Source: Actinomycetes bacterium
GTDB lineage: Bacteria; Actinomycetota; Acidimicrobiia; Acidimicrobiales; JAMCPL01
Direction: 5' to 3'
Length of the DNA stretch: 64,000 nt
NCBI GenBank assembly: GCA_021816935.1
Contig: JAKAWR010000002.1
Span: 3,039 to 67,038, forward strand
This document shows, piece by piece, positions 28,806-36,811 of this stretch. Numbering within the stretch: position 1 is the stretch's first letter; each line of letters begins with the position of its first letter. The notes under the pieces are model-generated. The model was not told the DNA's origin. It made no database searches and saw nothing but the letters and a program-made list of their open reading frames with translations. A program made the position numbers and the translations under genes.

Positions 28806-29663
28806 TCAAGAGGCATCCTCCTCCGGATCCTCGTAGTCGGCCCACGCGGGCGGGATCACCACTATCACCCCGCCGGTTAACGCCTCCTGTGCTGCGAGAT
28901 CGTCTATCGACGCCCCAGCCACACAGGCCACACCCTCTGGCCCGCCTAACCGGGCGATATGTCCTGCCCTCGCCAGCGCCCGGGAAACATCGTCTCTGTG
29001 AATGCGAGACGATACCTCACACACTACATAGACGGACTTACCGTCTGCCTTGCGCACGGCGCTGTGAACGCCGTCGGCTGCAAGCAGGTCCTCTCTTGCC
29101 TCGTCATCGCAAAGGCCGTCGAGAAGGTCCGCCACGTCGGCCACCTCAACGTATCGCACCTTGCGAAAGCCTCGTGAGCCCAGATACGCCGGTGCCTTCT
29201 TGCACCACTGGGCCTCGAAGTCGCTACCCGTCAGGCGTCCGACCCTTCTATCGAGGCGCACCAGGTGGGCGTCGATACCGTCCAAGCGCTTGTCGTGCCG
29301 CTTGGACACCTCGACCAGCTCGGCCAAGTGCTCGTCATGGCGCTTGGACACCTCGACCAGTTCTGCCACGTTCCTGTCCAGCTCGGCCAAGTGCTCGTCA
29401 TGGCGCTTGGACACCTCGACCAGTTCTGCCACGTTCCTGTCCAGCTCGGCCAAGTGCTCGTCATGGCGCTTGGACACCTCGACCAGTTCTGCCACGTTCC
29501 TGTCCAGCTCGGCCAAGTGCTCGTCATGGCGCTTGGACACCTCGACCAGTTCTCTCACGGCCTCCGGCAGTCTGCGCAACTCCTCGTCAAGCACAACGGC
29601 CCGCAACTCCTCCGCCAGGGCCGGATCAGACCTCATCTCCCGGATAATCTCCAGCGTGTTCAC
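28806..29663 (-). CDS. coiled-coil protein with 21-aa tandem repeats and a C-terminal restriction-endonuclease-like (PD-(D/E)xK-like) domain; function unknown
   Basis: 285-aa ORF. The N-terminal half is (DRNVAELVEVSKRHDEHLAEL)n. The C-terminal half ..LLAADGVHSAVRKADGKSVYVVCEVSSRIHRDDVSRALARAGHIARL..VACVAG.. resembles, from memory, the D...EVS nuclease-fold family often attached to coiled-coil heads. Confidence 0.65.
   Translation of the reverse strand: MNTLEIIREMRSDPALAEELRAVVLDEELRRLPEAVRELVEVSKRHDEHLAELDRNVAELVEVSKRHDEHLAELDRNVAELVEVSKRHDEHLAELDRNVAELVEVSKRHDEHLAELVEVSKRHDKRLDGIDAHLVRLDRRVGRLTGSDFEAQWCKKAPAYLGSRGFRKVRYVEVADVADLLDGLCDDEAREDLLAADGVHSAVRKADGKSVYVVCEVSSRIHRDDVSRALARAGHIARLGGPEGVACVAGASIDDLAAQEALTGGVIVVIPPAWADYEDPEEDAS
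29297..29553. repeat. 63-bp tandem repeat, three perfect full units plus partial units
   Basis: Unit cagctcggccaagtgctcgtcatggcgcttggacacctcgaccagttctgccacgttcctgtc starts at 29316, 29379, 29442 and 29505. A shorter 36-bp unit precedes them. Confidence 0.95.
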
Positions 29664-30161
29664 GACTTGATTCTACACCCGAATCCTGGGCAGCCATCCA
29701 ACGCATCGGAACGTGTCAACCCTCTTGGGGCAGTTTCCGTGACGAATCATTGTGTCGAAGCGCCCACCTCCTCCGGTAGTGCCAGGGATGTCAACGGCCA
29801 ACGCGAACTCCCCACGGATGGACACGGAGACTCCCCACGGATGGTCTGTCGGGCTAACCGGTGAAGGGCACCACCCCCTTTCTGGACATGGCGTCGGCTA
29901 GGAGGGTGTTGAACAACGGATCGACAAGGCGCCGGTGGGAACCGTAGGTTGGTGATGCGAGCCCGGGCAAGCTCGAACCGAAGCGTCGGCACGAAGAGGG
30001 TGTGAGCCGGCCGCCCTGGTAGGGCAAGCCCCGTAGGTGAGGTTCCCTCCTTGAGACAACAGAGCCTGACGGATACATGCAACGTGCATGCCGTGCATGG
30101 CTACCTTCGCGGCCCAAAGCGACCGTCGGCCCAAAGCGACCGTCGTCGCATGTTCCCACAG

Positions 30162-30181
30162 AATTGACTTCGAAGTCAATT
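30162..30181. promoter_or_regulatory. perfect 20-bp palindrome, candidate operator upstream of the Uma2 gene
   Basis: aattgacttcgaagtcaatt (core TTGACT-N4-AGTCAA) lies 37 nt upstream of the GTG at 30218. The same core recurs at 36776-36791. Confidence 0.45.
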
Positions 30182-30217
30182 GCGGGCGCGGACACCTCGA
30201 ATTGATAGACTATCACC

Positions 30218-30754
30218 GTGGCAATCAAGGCAGCGGTTGCGCTTACCTACGATGACCTGCAAAACTTCCCCGACGATGGATACCGCCGCGAACTCGTGCA
30301 CGGGCAGCTTCTAGTGTCGCCTGCTCCTGTTCCTAGGCACCAAAGGGTCGTAAGCCGGCTACTCGTAGCCCTCGCTGCTGCCTGCCCTCCAAACCTGGAA
30401 GTGCTCCCCGCTCCCTGCGACTGGGTAATCTCCGAGGATACCGTGTACGAGCCTGACCTGATTGTGGTAGATCGTAAGCATACCGGACCGAAACACATAA
30501 TAGGCACTCCCCTGCTGGTCATAGAAGTACTTTCTCCATCCACCAGGGACATCGACAACGTACTCAAGCGTTACGAGTACGAGCAGGCCGGTGTCCCCGC
30601 ATACTGGATAGTGGACCCTGATGTGCCGAGCCTGACTGTCTTACGTCTGGAGGTCGGAAGCTATGTCGAGGCAGCAAGAGTCGAGAAAAACGTATCCCAC
30701 GATACCGGCTGGCCCTACCGGGTGACTATCACACCACTCGATCTCGTGAACTGA
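30218..30754 (+). CDS. Uma2-family (DUF820) putative endonuclease
   Basis: ..YDDLQNFPDDGYRRELVHGQLLVSPAP..HQRVVSRLL.. ..YEPDLIVV.. ..PLLVIEVLSPST..D...K...Y...GVPAYWIVDP is the typical Uma2 pattern. Confidence 0.85.
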   Translation: MAIKAAVALTYDDLQNFPDDGYRRELVHGQLLVSPAPVPRHQRVVSRLLVALAAACPPNLEVLPAPCDWVISEDTVYEPDLIVVDRKHTGPKHIIGTPLLVIEVLSPSTRDIDNVLKRYEYEQAGVPAYWIVDPDVPSLTVLRLEVGSYVEAARVEKNVSHDTGWPYRVTITPLDLVN

Positions 30755-30905
30755 CCGAGCAACCAGCCCCTTGGCCTGCACCGAGAAGAAACACTGCGTG
30801 GCCACGGGATGGAATGTGAAGAACGGTCACGCGGCCGCGCTCTACTCCGATGACGGAGGCGACACCTGGGATACCGGTTCGCTGGGGAAGACATCGCTGC
30901 GATGA
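30750..30905 (+). pseudogene. orphan C-terminal fragment of a cysteine-pair / Asp-box blade protein
   Basis: My own translation gives ..LACTEKKHCVATGWNVKNGHAAALYSDDGGDTWDTGSLGKTSLR*. It has the C-x5-C-x-A-x-G blade signature followed by an intact Asp-box (SDDGGDTW). There is no start codon, and the frame opens right after the Uma2 stop. Confidence 0.4.
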
Positions 30906-31115
30906 GGAAGCGTCATAATGGCGTGGAAGTTCGTACGTGCCGAGGCTCAGAGAGGATGTCCCGTCTGCCGTGGATTGTCGGATGATCCTCGGTGGTGATG
31001 GGTCTGCGACAGAAATGTAGGTCCCATCAGGAGCCTCCAGCAGGGATGAGGGTTTCGTGCTGATCTGGTTGTCGTGCCAACCGCCAGATCAGCTGCCTCG
31101 CCGATGCGGGGAAGG

Positions 31116-32606
31116 CTAGCCCCCGAGGGACTGTGGGGATGAACCGGGATAGACGAGCACTTCGCCGGAGACTGCCGCAAGAACCTCGTCACCGATAGTC
31201 GGTGCCGGATGGCCCGCCTGGCGAGCTATGACTGGAATCGCGGTACCGAGTGCGTCTTGATCAATGTCGGAGGGTGCGGAAAGGCCCAAGGCGACGGTTA
31301 CGTCCGGACCATAATAGGTCACGCCTATTACCCTGGCCGGTACCCACGAGCCCACTCCAGCTGCCTCACCCGGCTCACCTGCCCCCTGCTCCGTCCCGTC
31401 CGGTTCGGCGTCCGTGCGAGTAACGACCACCGACCGCTCCACCTCGCCGGGCTGCACCACCGACCGCTCTCCGTAACTCGGGTCCCTCCCCGATGCCACC
31501 TGCTCGCTCGAAGGTTGCGAACCGCCCGTAGACGAGGAGGTGCGTGCCCGCCTGACGAGGATCTGCTCCGGCCGGATCATGACAAGTACCCTCTGTTCTC
31601 CCTCAATACCTCCAGACCCCGGCTGGGCGGCCTCCGGCAAACTGCCTCCGGCACCACCAGCTACTCCCGTATCACTTCCGGAGGCACCGCCTGCGCCGCC
31701 ATCCTCTCCGCCGCCATCCTCTCGGCCGCCAGCAGTCTCGCCGCCAGCAGTCTCGCCGCTACTGGCGTCATTGCCCACGCCTGGAACTGCAACCGGGAGC
31801 CTGCCCAGCGCACAGGTTACGACCCGGTCCCCGAACCGCATCCTCCCTGGCATCACCACCGCTTCGCCCACAAAGCGGGCAACGTCCAGATCGACAGGTC
31901 GCCGGTAGAGGCTGACCGGGTCGTCGATCTGCGCGAGGGCGCCGTCGCGAAGTACCGCTACGAGGTCCCCCATCGACAGAGCCTCGGCCTGATCATGCGT
32001 CACGAGAAGTGCTGTCGCATGTTCCCTGGCCAGAGCAGTCAGCAGCGCTGCGCGAGTCTCTGCTCGCAACCCGGCGTCCAGCCCCGAGAATGGCTCATCG
32101 AGCAGCACGATTGCCGGGCGGGGCGCAAGCGCGCGTGCAAGAGCAACCCGTCGCTGCTCACCGCCGGAAAGCTGGCCCGGCGGACGGTCCAGATGGTCCG
32201 CTCCCAAGCCGACTATCTCGGCAACTTCCGCCACTCGACCACTCCTATGACGCTCGCGGCGCGGGAGCCCGAAGCCGATGTTCTCAGCGACGCTCAGGTG
32301 AGGAAAAAGTGCCCCCTCCTGGGGAACATAGCCTATGCGACGCTTCTCGGGCGCAAGATGGACCGACTTGGCGCCGATCGCAGCCGAACTGACAACTGAC
32401 CCGCCGACGATGACCGTACCTTCATCCAGGCTTTCGAACCCCATGATGAGCCGCAGCAGCGTGGTCTTGCCACTGCCGGAGGCACCTATGACCGCCGTCA
32501 GGGAATCGGCAGGCAGCGAGAGGTCGATACCGGAAAGAACCTGCCGGGCGCCATAGGATTTCATGACGCCGGTACACTGCAGGGCCACCTGCCTGCTACC
32601 GGGCAC
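31116..32606 (-). CDS. ABC transporter ATP-binding protein (FbpC/PotA-like importer ATPase) with ~130 aa of low-complexity insertions in the C-terminal regulatory domain
   Basis: Walker A GASGSGKTTLL, Q-loop, signature LSGGEQRRVALARAL, Walker B ILLDEPFSGLD and H-loop LVTHD. The insertions are ..GNDASSGETAGGETAGGREDGGGEDGG.. and ..TSSSTGGSQPSSEQ.. Confidence 0.9.
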   Translation of the reverse strand: MPGSRQVALQCTGVMKSYGARQVLSGIDLSLPADSLTAVIGASGSGKTTLLRLIMGFESLDEGTVIVGGSVVSSAAIGAKSVHLAPEKRRIGYVPQEGALFPHLSVAENIGFGLPRRERHRSGRVAEVAEIVGLGADHLDRPPGQLSGGEQRRVALARALAPRPAIVLLDEPFSGLDAGLRAETRAALLTALAREHATALLVTHDQAEALSMGDLVAVLRDGALAQIDDPVSLYRRPVDLDVARFVGEAVVMPGRMRFGDRVVTCALGRLPVAVPGVGNDASSGETAGGETAGGREDGGGEDGGAGGASGSDTGVAGGAGGSLPEAAQPGSGGIEGEQRVLVMIRPEQILVRRARTSSSTGGSQPSSEQVASGRDPSYGERSVVQPGEVERSVVVTRTDAEPDGTEQGAGEPGEAAGVGSWVPARVIGVTYYGPDVTVALGLSAPSDIDQDALGTAIPVIARQAGHPAPTIGDEVLAAVSGEVLVYPGSSPQSLGG

Positions 32607-34155
32607 TTAGCATCCTCACCTTCCCGAAGCGACTCATCAGGACATACGTAGCGACCAGCGCTATGCCCACGAGCACGGCGGCATACGGTGCCGCTGCCGC
32701 GAAGGCCACCGTAGAGCTGTTCGACCAGAACTGCGTGCTGAGAGTGTGCATGCCCGGAGGCAGAAGGACGAGCGTGGTCGATAGGTCGCCCACCGCGAAT
32801 GCGAACACGAGCACTCCCGCTGCGCCCATACCCGGCCGGGATATGGGCAGAGTCACGCGCCAGAAGGTCCGGAATCCGGAGAGCCCGAGAGACCGGGCGC
32901 ACTCCTCCACCGCGGGCTCGACCTGAGCAAACGTGGCACGCAACGACACGACGCCGAACGGCACGAACAGGATTGCATAGGCAAAAACGAGCAGCGGGAC
33001 ACTCTCGTACAACGAAGGCACGTAGTGGGATGCCACCCATGCAAGAGCAATGGCGCCGACGAGATCCGGCAGCGCATAACTCAGGTACGATCCCCTTTCG
33101 ATCAAGGTCGCCAGACGGCCCTGCCGGCGCGTTGCCAGGAGCGCTACGGGAAGGGCAAGGGCCATCCCGAGAACCGCCGCACCTGCGCCAAGACCGACGG
33201 ATGTCGCAGTAGCCGGTAACAGGTCATGCGTTCCTGCGGCCGCAACGGAAATGGCCTGGCTCGATCCCTCCGTGAACCAGCGAACGAGCATACCGATCGG
33301 AACCCCGACGGTAGCGAGCACCAGAAGGCCGAAACCGGCCAATACCGGAACCGCCATCTTCCCCAGCCCGTAGCGGGCAACAGCTCGGCTTGCCCCTTGG
33401 CTGACCCGGGTGTAGCCGGCCTTGCCCCTCAGGAGCTTCTCTCCCGCAAGGAGCAGAACGCAAAAGACGATAGACACCGTCGCCAGCACCGCCGCTCCCG
33501 ATGAGTTGAAGCTCACCTGGTATTGAGCGTAAACGTTGGTGCTGAACGTCTGGAACTTGAGAGCTGCGAAAGCGTCGAACTCGACCAGCGAGTCGAGCGC
33601 AACGAGAAGCATGCCTCCCAGCAGAGCCGGCCGGAGCTGCGGCATCACCACTCTGGCGAACATCCTGAAGGGCCCGCAGCCAAGCGACCGCGCACACTCT
33701 TCCGGGGCCGGGTCCATCCCGCGAAGCGCTGCGGCACAGAGCAGGAACACGATCGGATAGTAGGTAGCACTGGTAATCACGACGGCGCCCGCGTACCCGG
33801 ACATCGCCGACGAGAGCGTGACCCATGCATAGCTGGTGACGAACGCCGGGACCGCAAGTGGGGCCACCGACGCCAGGGCCCAGAATTTCCTTCCCGGCAG
33901 GCGCGTGCGCTCCACAAGGAACGCCGTAGCAACGCCCAGCACACCGCAGATCGGAGTGACCGCGAGCGCGACCGCGAGCGTATGGAGCGAGAGCGTCCCC
34001 AGCCCGTTCTGCTCGAGCACCTCTAGGGCAGTGTGGAGGCCCCCACTGAACGCCTGCCATAGAGTGACCCCAACCGGCATGATCACGAGCATGACGACGA
34101 TCGCCGCCGTAACGCCGAGACCGCCGGAGAACCTGAAGCGTCGCAACCGGGCCAT
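32596..34155 (-). CDS. ABC transporter permease with duplicated permease domains (FbpB-like, iron(III)-type)
   Basis: 520 aa counted from the ATG at 34155 (MARLRRFRFSGG..). Two MetI-like halves, each with an EAA-type loop (..PEECARSLGCGPFRMF.. and ..VEECARSLGLSGFRTF..). The track ORF start at 34485 overlaps the upstream gene. Confidence 0.88.
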   Translation of the reverse strand: MARLRRFRFSGGLGVTAAIVVMLVIMPVGVTLWQAFSGGLHTALEVLEQNGLGTLSLHTLAVALAVTPICGVLGVATAFLVERTRLPGRKFWALASVAPLAVPAFVTSYAWVTLSSAMSGYAGAVVITSATYYPIVFLLCAAALRGMDPAPEECARSLGCGPFRMFARVVMPQLRPALLGGMLLVALDSLVEFDAFAALKFQTFSTNVYAQYQVSFNSSGAAVLATVSIVFCVLLLAGEKLLRGKAGYTRVSQGASRAVARYGLGKMAVPVLAGFGLLVLATVGVPIGMLVRWFTEGSSQAISVAAAGTHDLLPATATSVGLGAGAAVLGMALALPVALLATRRQGRLATLIERGSYLSYALPDLVGAIALAWVASHYVPSLYESVPLLVFAYAILFVPFGVVSLRATFAQVEPAVEECARSLGLSGFRTFWRVTLPISRPGMGAAGVLVFAFAVGDLSTTLVLLPPGMHTLSTQFWSNSSTVAFAAAAPYAAVLVGIALVATYVLMSRFGKVRMLSAR

Positions 34156-34196
34156 GGGGCGCACCTCAATGAGCCTCTTCGACGCAGCTGCCGCTC

Positions 34197-35444
34197 TCAC
34201 CACACGGCCACCTTCAGGAAAGAGGCCAGAGGCAGCTCGCTGCCCGCCGGTGGCAGGGAGATCCGCACCGGGCCGGCGGCCTGGCTCACCCGGACTTCCA
34301 TAGAGACGGTCCCAAGTCCGGTTCTCGGAAGGGGAAGGGCAACATCTTCCACGGAGCCGCCGGTTCCGACGGCAACCCGCATCGTAGTGAAGACATCCCG
34401 GCCTCCCACCTTTCCGCTCGGCCCCGATCCGGGAGTCCTCCATACGAACCACTGCAGTCCCGGAGCAGGGATTCCCATCTCCCATCCGAGCGCGAGGCTG
34501 AACGCGGTCGCATAGGGGCCGCTCAACGTGTTCAGGGCCGTGGTCAGATCCACCTTCACCGTATATGCACCCGATCCGCCTCCCGAGTGGGCACGCTTGG
34601 CGGATACCGCTCCGGTGGCGATCTCTTCCAGGACGAGCTCAGGATCGAGCGCGACCGTATCCGCAAGGAACCTCCTCGCACCGGCGGAAAGCAGATCCGG
34701 CGAGCTCAGGTCGGCGTATACCCATGAGCGACCCGCCGGGAGGAACCTCGCCTGGGTCTCGGTCAGGTGAAGGTACAGCCCTTGCGGGGAAAAGATCATC
34801 GAATTGCCACCGGTCTTCTGGCGGCCGCCGGCCGAGGCTGGCGGCAACGCTCCTCCCGCCTGTTCGCCCCCCTGTGCGCCCCGCCTCGAGATCGTGCCAG
34901 ATCGCCGGCCTACCTCTGCCCGAGGCAGCGGGTATATGGAGACGGCTCCCGTGCCCTGCGACAAGTTGAATCTACCCGATCCAGCCATAGCGGAGCACGA
35001 TCCACCGAGGAACGATGCGCCAGGCGCCTCCACAGTCACCGACACCGTGTCACGGAGCATCGCCTCGCCATCCTGCTTCACGGTTGCAACCGCATCTCCG
35101 GCAGCGCCCCCGGCAGCGCCCACCGCAGGGCCGGTCGGACCCACCGCAGGGCCGGTCGGACCCACCGCAGAGCCGGCAGGAGCCGCAAGCGAACCAGCGG
35201 TACCGCCTGCAGAATCACCGGAACGGCAGGCGGTCGGGGTAGCAGCCGGCCCTGGTGACGTACCACAGCCGCTAAGCCAGCTACCGGCCAGTGAAGCGGT
35301 CGTGACAGCCGCCACAAGTCGGGCCCGCCGTTGCCCGTTGCGCCCATGCTCGACTACCGTGCCGGCCTGACCAATTGGCGCGACACGCCCGGACCATCTG
35401 CCCCGGTTGCTCTCGAGAAGGACGCTCCGCACCAAAGGAACCAC
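34197..35444 (-). CDS. lipoprotein of unknown function at the head of the ABC operon
   Basis: Lipobox ..SWLSGC|GTSPG, a Gly/Ala/Pro linker with tandem PTGPAVG, then a globular domain. It is loosely similar in layout to the lipoproteins at 56944..58020 and 58263..59267. It is not a recognisable ABC substrate-binding protein. Confidence 0.6.
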   Translation of the reverse strand: MVPLVRSVLLESNRGRWSGRVAPIGQAGTVVEHGRNGQRRARLVAAVTTASLAGSWLSGCGTSPGPAATPTACRSGDSAGGTAGSLAAPAGSAVGPTGPAVGPTGPAVGAAGGAAGDAVATVKQDGEAMLRDTVSVTVEAPGASFLGGSCSAMAGSGRFNLSQGTGAVSIYPLPRAEVGRRSGTISRRGAQGGEQAGGALPPASAGGRQKTGGNSMIFSPQGLYLHLTETQARFLPAGRSWVYADLSSPDLLSAGARRFLADTVALDPELVLEEIATGAVSAKRAHSGGGSGAYTVKVDLTTALNTLSGPYATAFSLALGWEMGIPAPGLQWFVWRTPGSGPSGKVGGRDVFTTMRVAVGTGGSVEDVALPLPRTGLGTVSMEVRVSQAAGPVRISLPPAGSELPLASFLKVAVW

Positions 35445-35456
35445 CGGACCGCCTCG

Positions 35457-36572
35457 TCAGATACCGAGGCGGTCCGCCAGCAACTCCCGATGGTAGCTCG
35501 GGTCTCCGAGATACAGCTCCGACGACTTCGCCCTCTTGAAATAGAGGTGGGCGTCGTGCTCCCACGTAAAGCCGATGCCGCCGTGAACCTGGATGTTCTC
35601 TGCAGCCGTATGGAAGTACGCTTCGGAGCAATACGACTTCGCAAGCGACGCGGCTACGGGAACCTCGTCCGAGTCCTCGGCCAAGGTCCACCCGGCGTAG
35701 TAGGCGGCAGATCGAGCCGATTCGACCTCCATGAGCATGTTCGCGCACTTGTGCTTGATAGCCTGGAATGACCCGATCGGTCTGCCGAACTGGATCCGTG
35801 TCTTAGCGTACTCGACAGCCATGTCGAGGCAGCGCTGCGCTCCTCCGACCTGCTCGGCAGCTTGGGCTGCTGCCGCACGGTCAAGCGTTCCGGTCAGGAC
35901 GGAACCGGCGCCGCCCTCCTCCCCGACCAGGCGCGCAGCAGTCGAGCTGAACCGGAGCCTCGACTGCTTGCGAGTCGTGTCCATGGTGGAAAGCTGCTCC
36001 CGCTCGAGACCAGCAGCATCACCCGCGACAGCGAACAGGCTGAGCCCCTTCCCGGTCCTCGCCGCAACCAGGACGAGATCGGCTGTGTTGCCATCCAGAA
36101 CGAACATCTTCGTGCCATCGAGGGTGAACGAGCCGCCGCTGCCTCTTGCTTCCAGCGTTACCCCGTCGAGATCCCACCGTCCCGACTCCTCGGTATAGGC
36201 GAGCGTGGCGATGATCTCCCCGGATGCGATGCCCGGCAGGTACTCCTTCTTCGCCGCATCGTCGCCCGAGAGAATCAGCGCATTAGCGGCAAGGGCCACG
36301 GTCGAAAGGTACGGCGCGCAGAGGAGAACCCTGCCCATCTCCTCGAGGACCACGATCTGCTCGACGGCGCTAAAGCCTGCTCCGCCGTATTCCTCCGGGA
36401 TAGCCAGCGCCTGCAGGCCGAGCTGGCCGGCCATCTGCTCCCAGACTCCCTTGTCGTACCCTTCCGGGGTCTCCATGAGGCGGCGAACCTCGGTCATCGG
36501 GGACTTGTCCTCGAGGAAGCGGCGGACCTGGCGCCTCAGCTCCTCCTGCTCTTCGGTAAATGTGAAGTTCAT
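35457..36572 (-). CDS. acyl-CoA dehydrogenase
   Basis: MNFTFTEEQEELRRQVRRFLEDKSP.. with an ACAD N/M/C domain layout and ..IQVHGGIGFTWEHD.. near the C-terminus. Confidence 0.9.
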   Translation of the reverse strand: MNFTFTEEQEELRRQVRRFLEDKSPMTEVRRLMETPEGYDKGVWEQMAGQLGLQALAIPEEYGGAGFSAVEQIVVLEEMGRVLLCAPYLSTVALAANALILSGDDAAKKEYLPGIASGEIIATLAYTEESGRWDLDGVTLEARGSGGSFTLDGTKMFVLDGNTADLVLVAARTGKGLSLFAVAGDAAGLEREQLSTMDTTRKQSRLRFSSTAARLVGEEGGAGSVLTGTLDRAAAAQAAEQVGGAQRCLDMAVEYAKTRIQFGRPIGSFQAIKHKCANMLMEVESARSAAYYAGWTLAEDSDEVPVAASLAKSYCSEAYFHTAAENIQVHGGIGFTWEHDAHLYFKRAKSSELYLGDPSYHRELLADRLGI

Positions 36573-36775
36573 CGTACCTCTCTCCGGAACTCTCGAATGT
36601 CGCTCAGCGCAGCCACGTCGTCAGACGCTGACTCTGGCGCAACCTTGCCCCGCTGTTGCAGGGCACTGCCCGCCTGCCAATCAACTCTCTCTGAGGCTTT
36701 CGATCCTGCAGCACGGCATCCATGCCCGGACTCCGCATAGCTGATCCGCAGCCGACTTCGTATGTTCGCACAGAC

Positions 36776-36791
36776 TTGACTGCAAAGTCAA
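36776..36791. promoter_or_regulatory. TTGACT-N4-AGTCAA palindrome, second copy of the motif at 30164-30179
   Basis: cacagacTTGACTgcaaAGTCAActgtg sits in the 240-nt gap between the acyl-CoA dehydrogenase start (36572) and the lipoprotein stop (36812). Confidence 0.4.
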
Positions 36792-36811
36792 CTGTGCGTT
36801 GCCAGAGTGCC

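Noticed and set aside
29297-29553. Regular 63-bp repeats considered as a CRISPR array
   Set aside because: The units are directly abutting with no spacers. They are in frame inside a 285-aa ORF and encode a 21-aa coiled-coil repeat. I recognised no cas genes in the window.
29940-29990. ggttcgagc-containing segment (minus strand) considered as a tRNA/tmRNA 3' end marking an island integration site
   Set aside because: No 5-bp T-stem complementarity flanks the TTCGA loop. There is no acceptor stem or CCA context, and I could not build a cloverleaf.
30000-30050. gagccgg...ggttc considered as group II intron domain V
   Set aside because: The candidate is about 44 nt rather than 34 nt and does not form the conserved bulged hairpin. 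There is no GTGCG 5' end and no reverse transcriptase ORF nearby.
34156-34485. N-terminal 110-aa extension of the ABC permease ORF
   Set aside because: It overlaps the upstream lipoprotein gene and is Arg/Gly-rich. ATG 34155 (MARLRRFRFSGG, followed by the first TM helix) is the sensible start.
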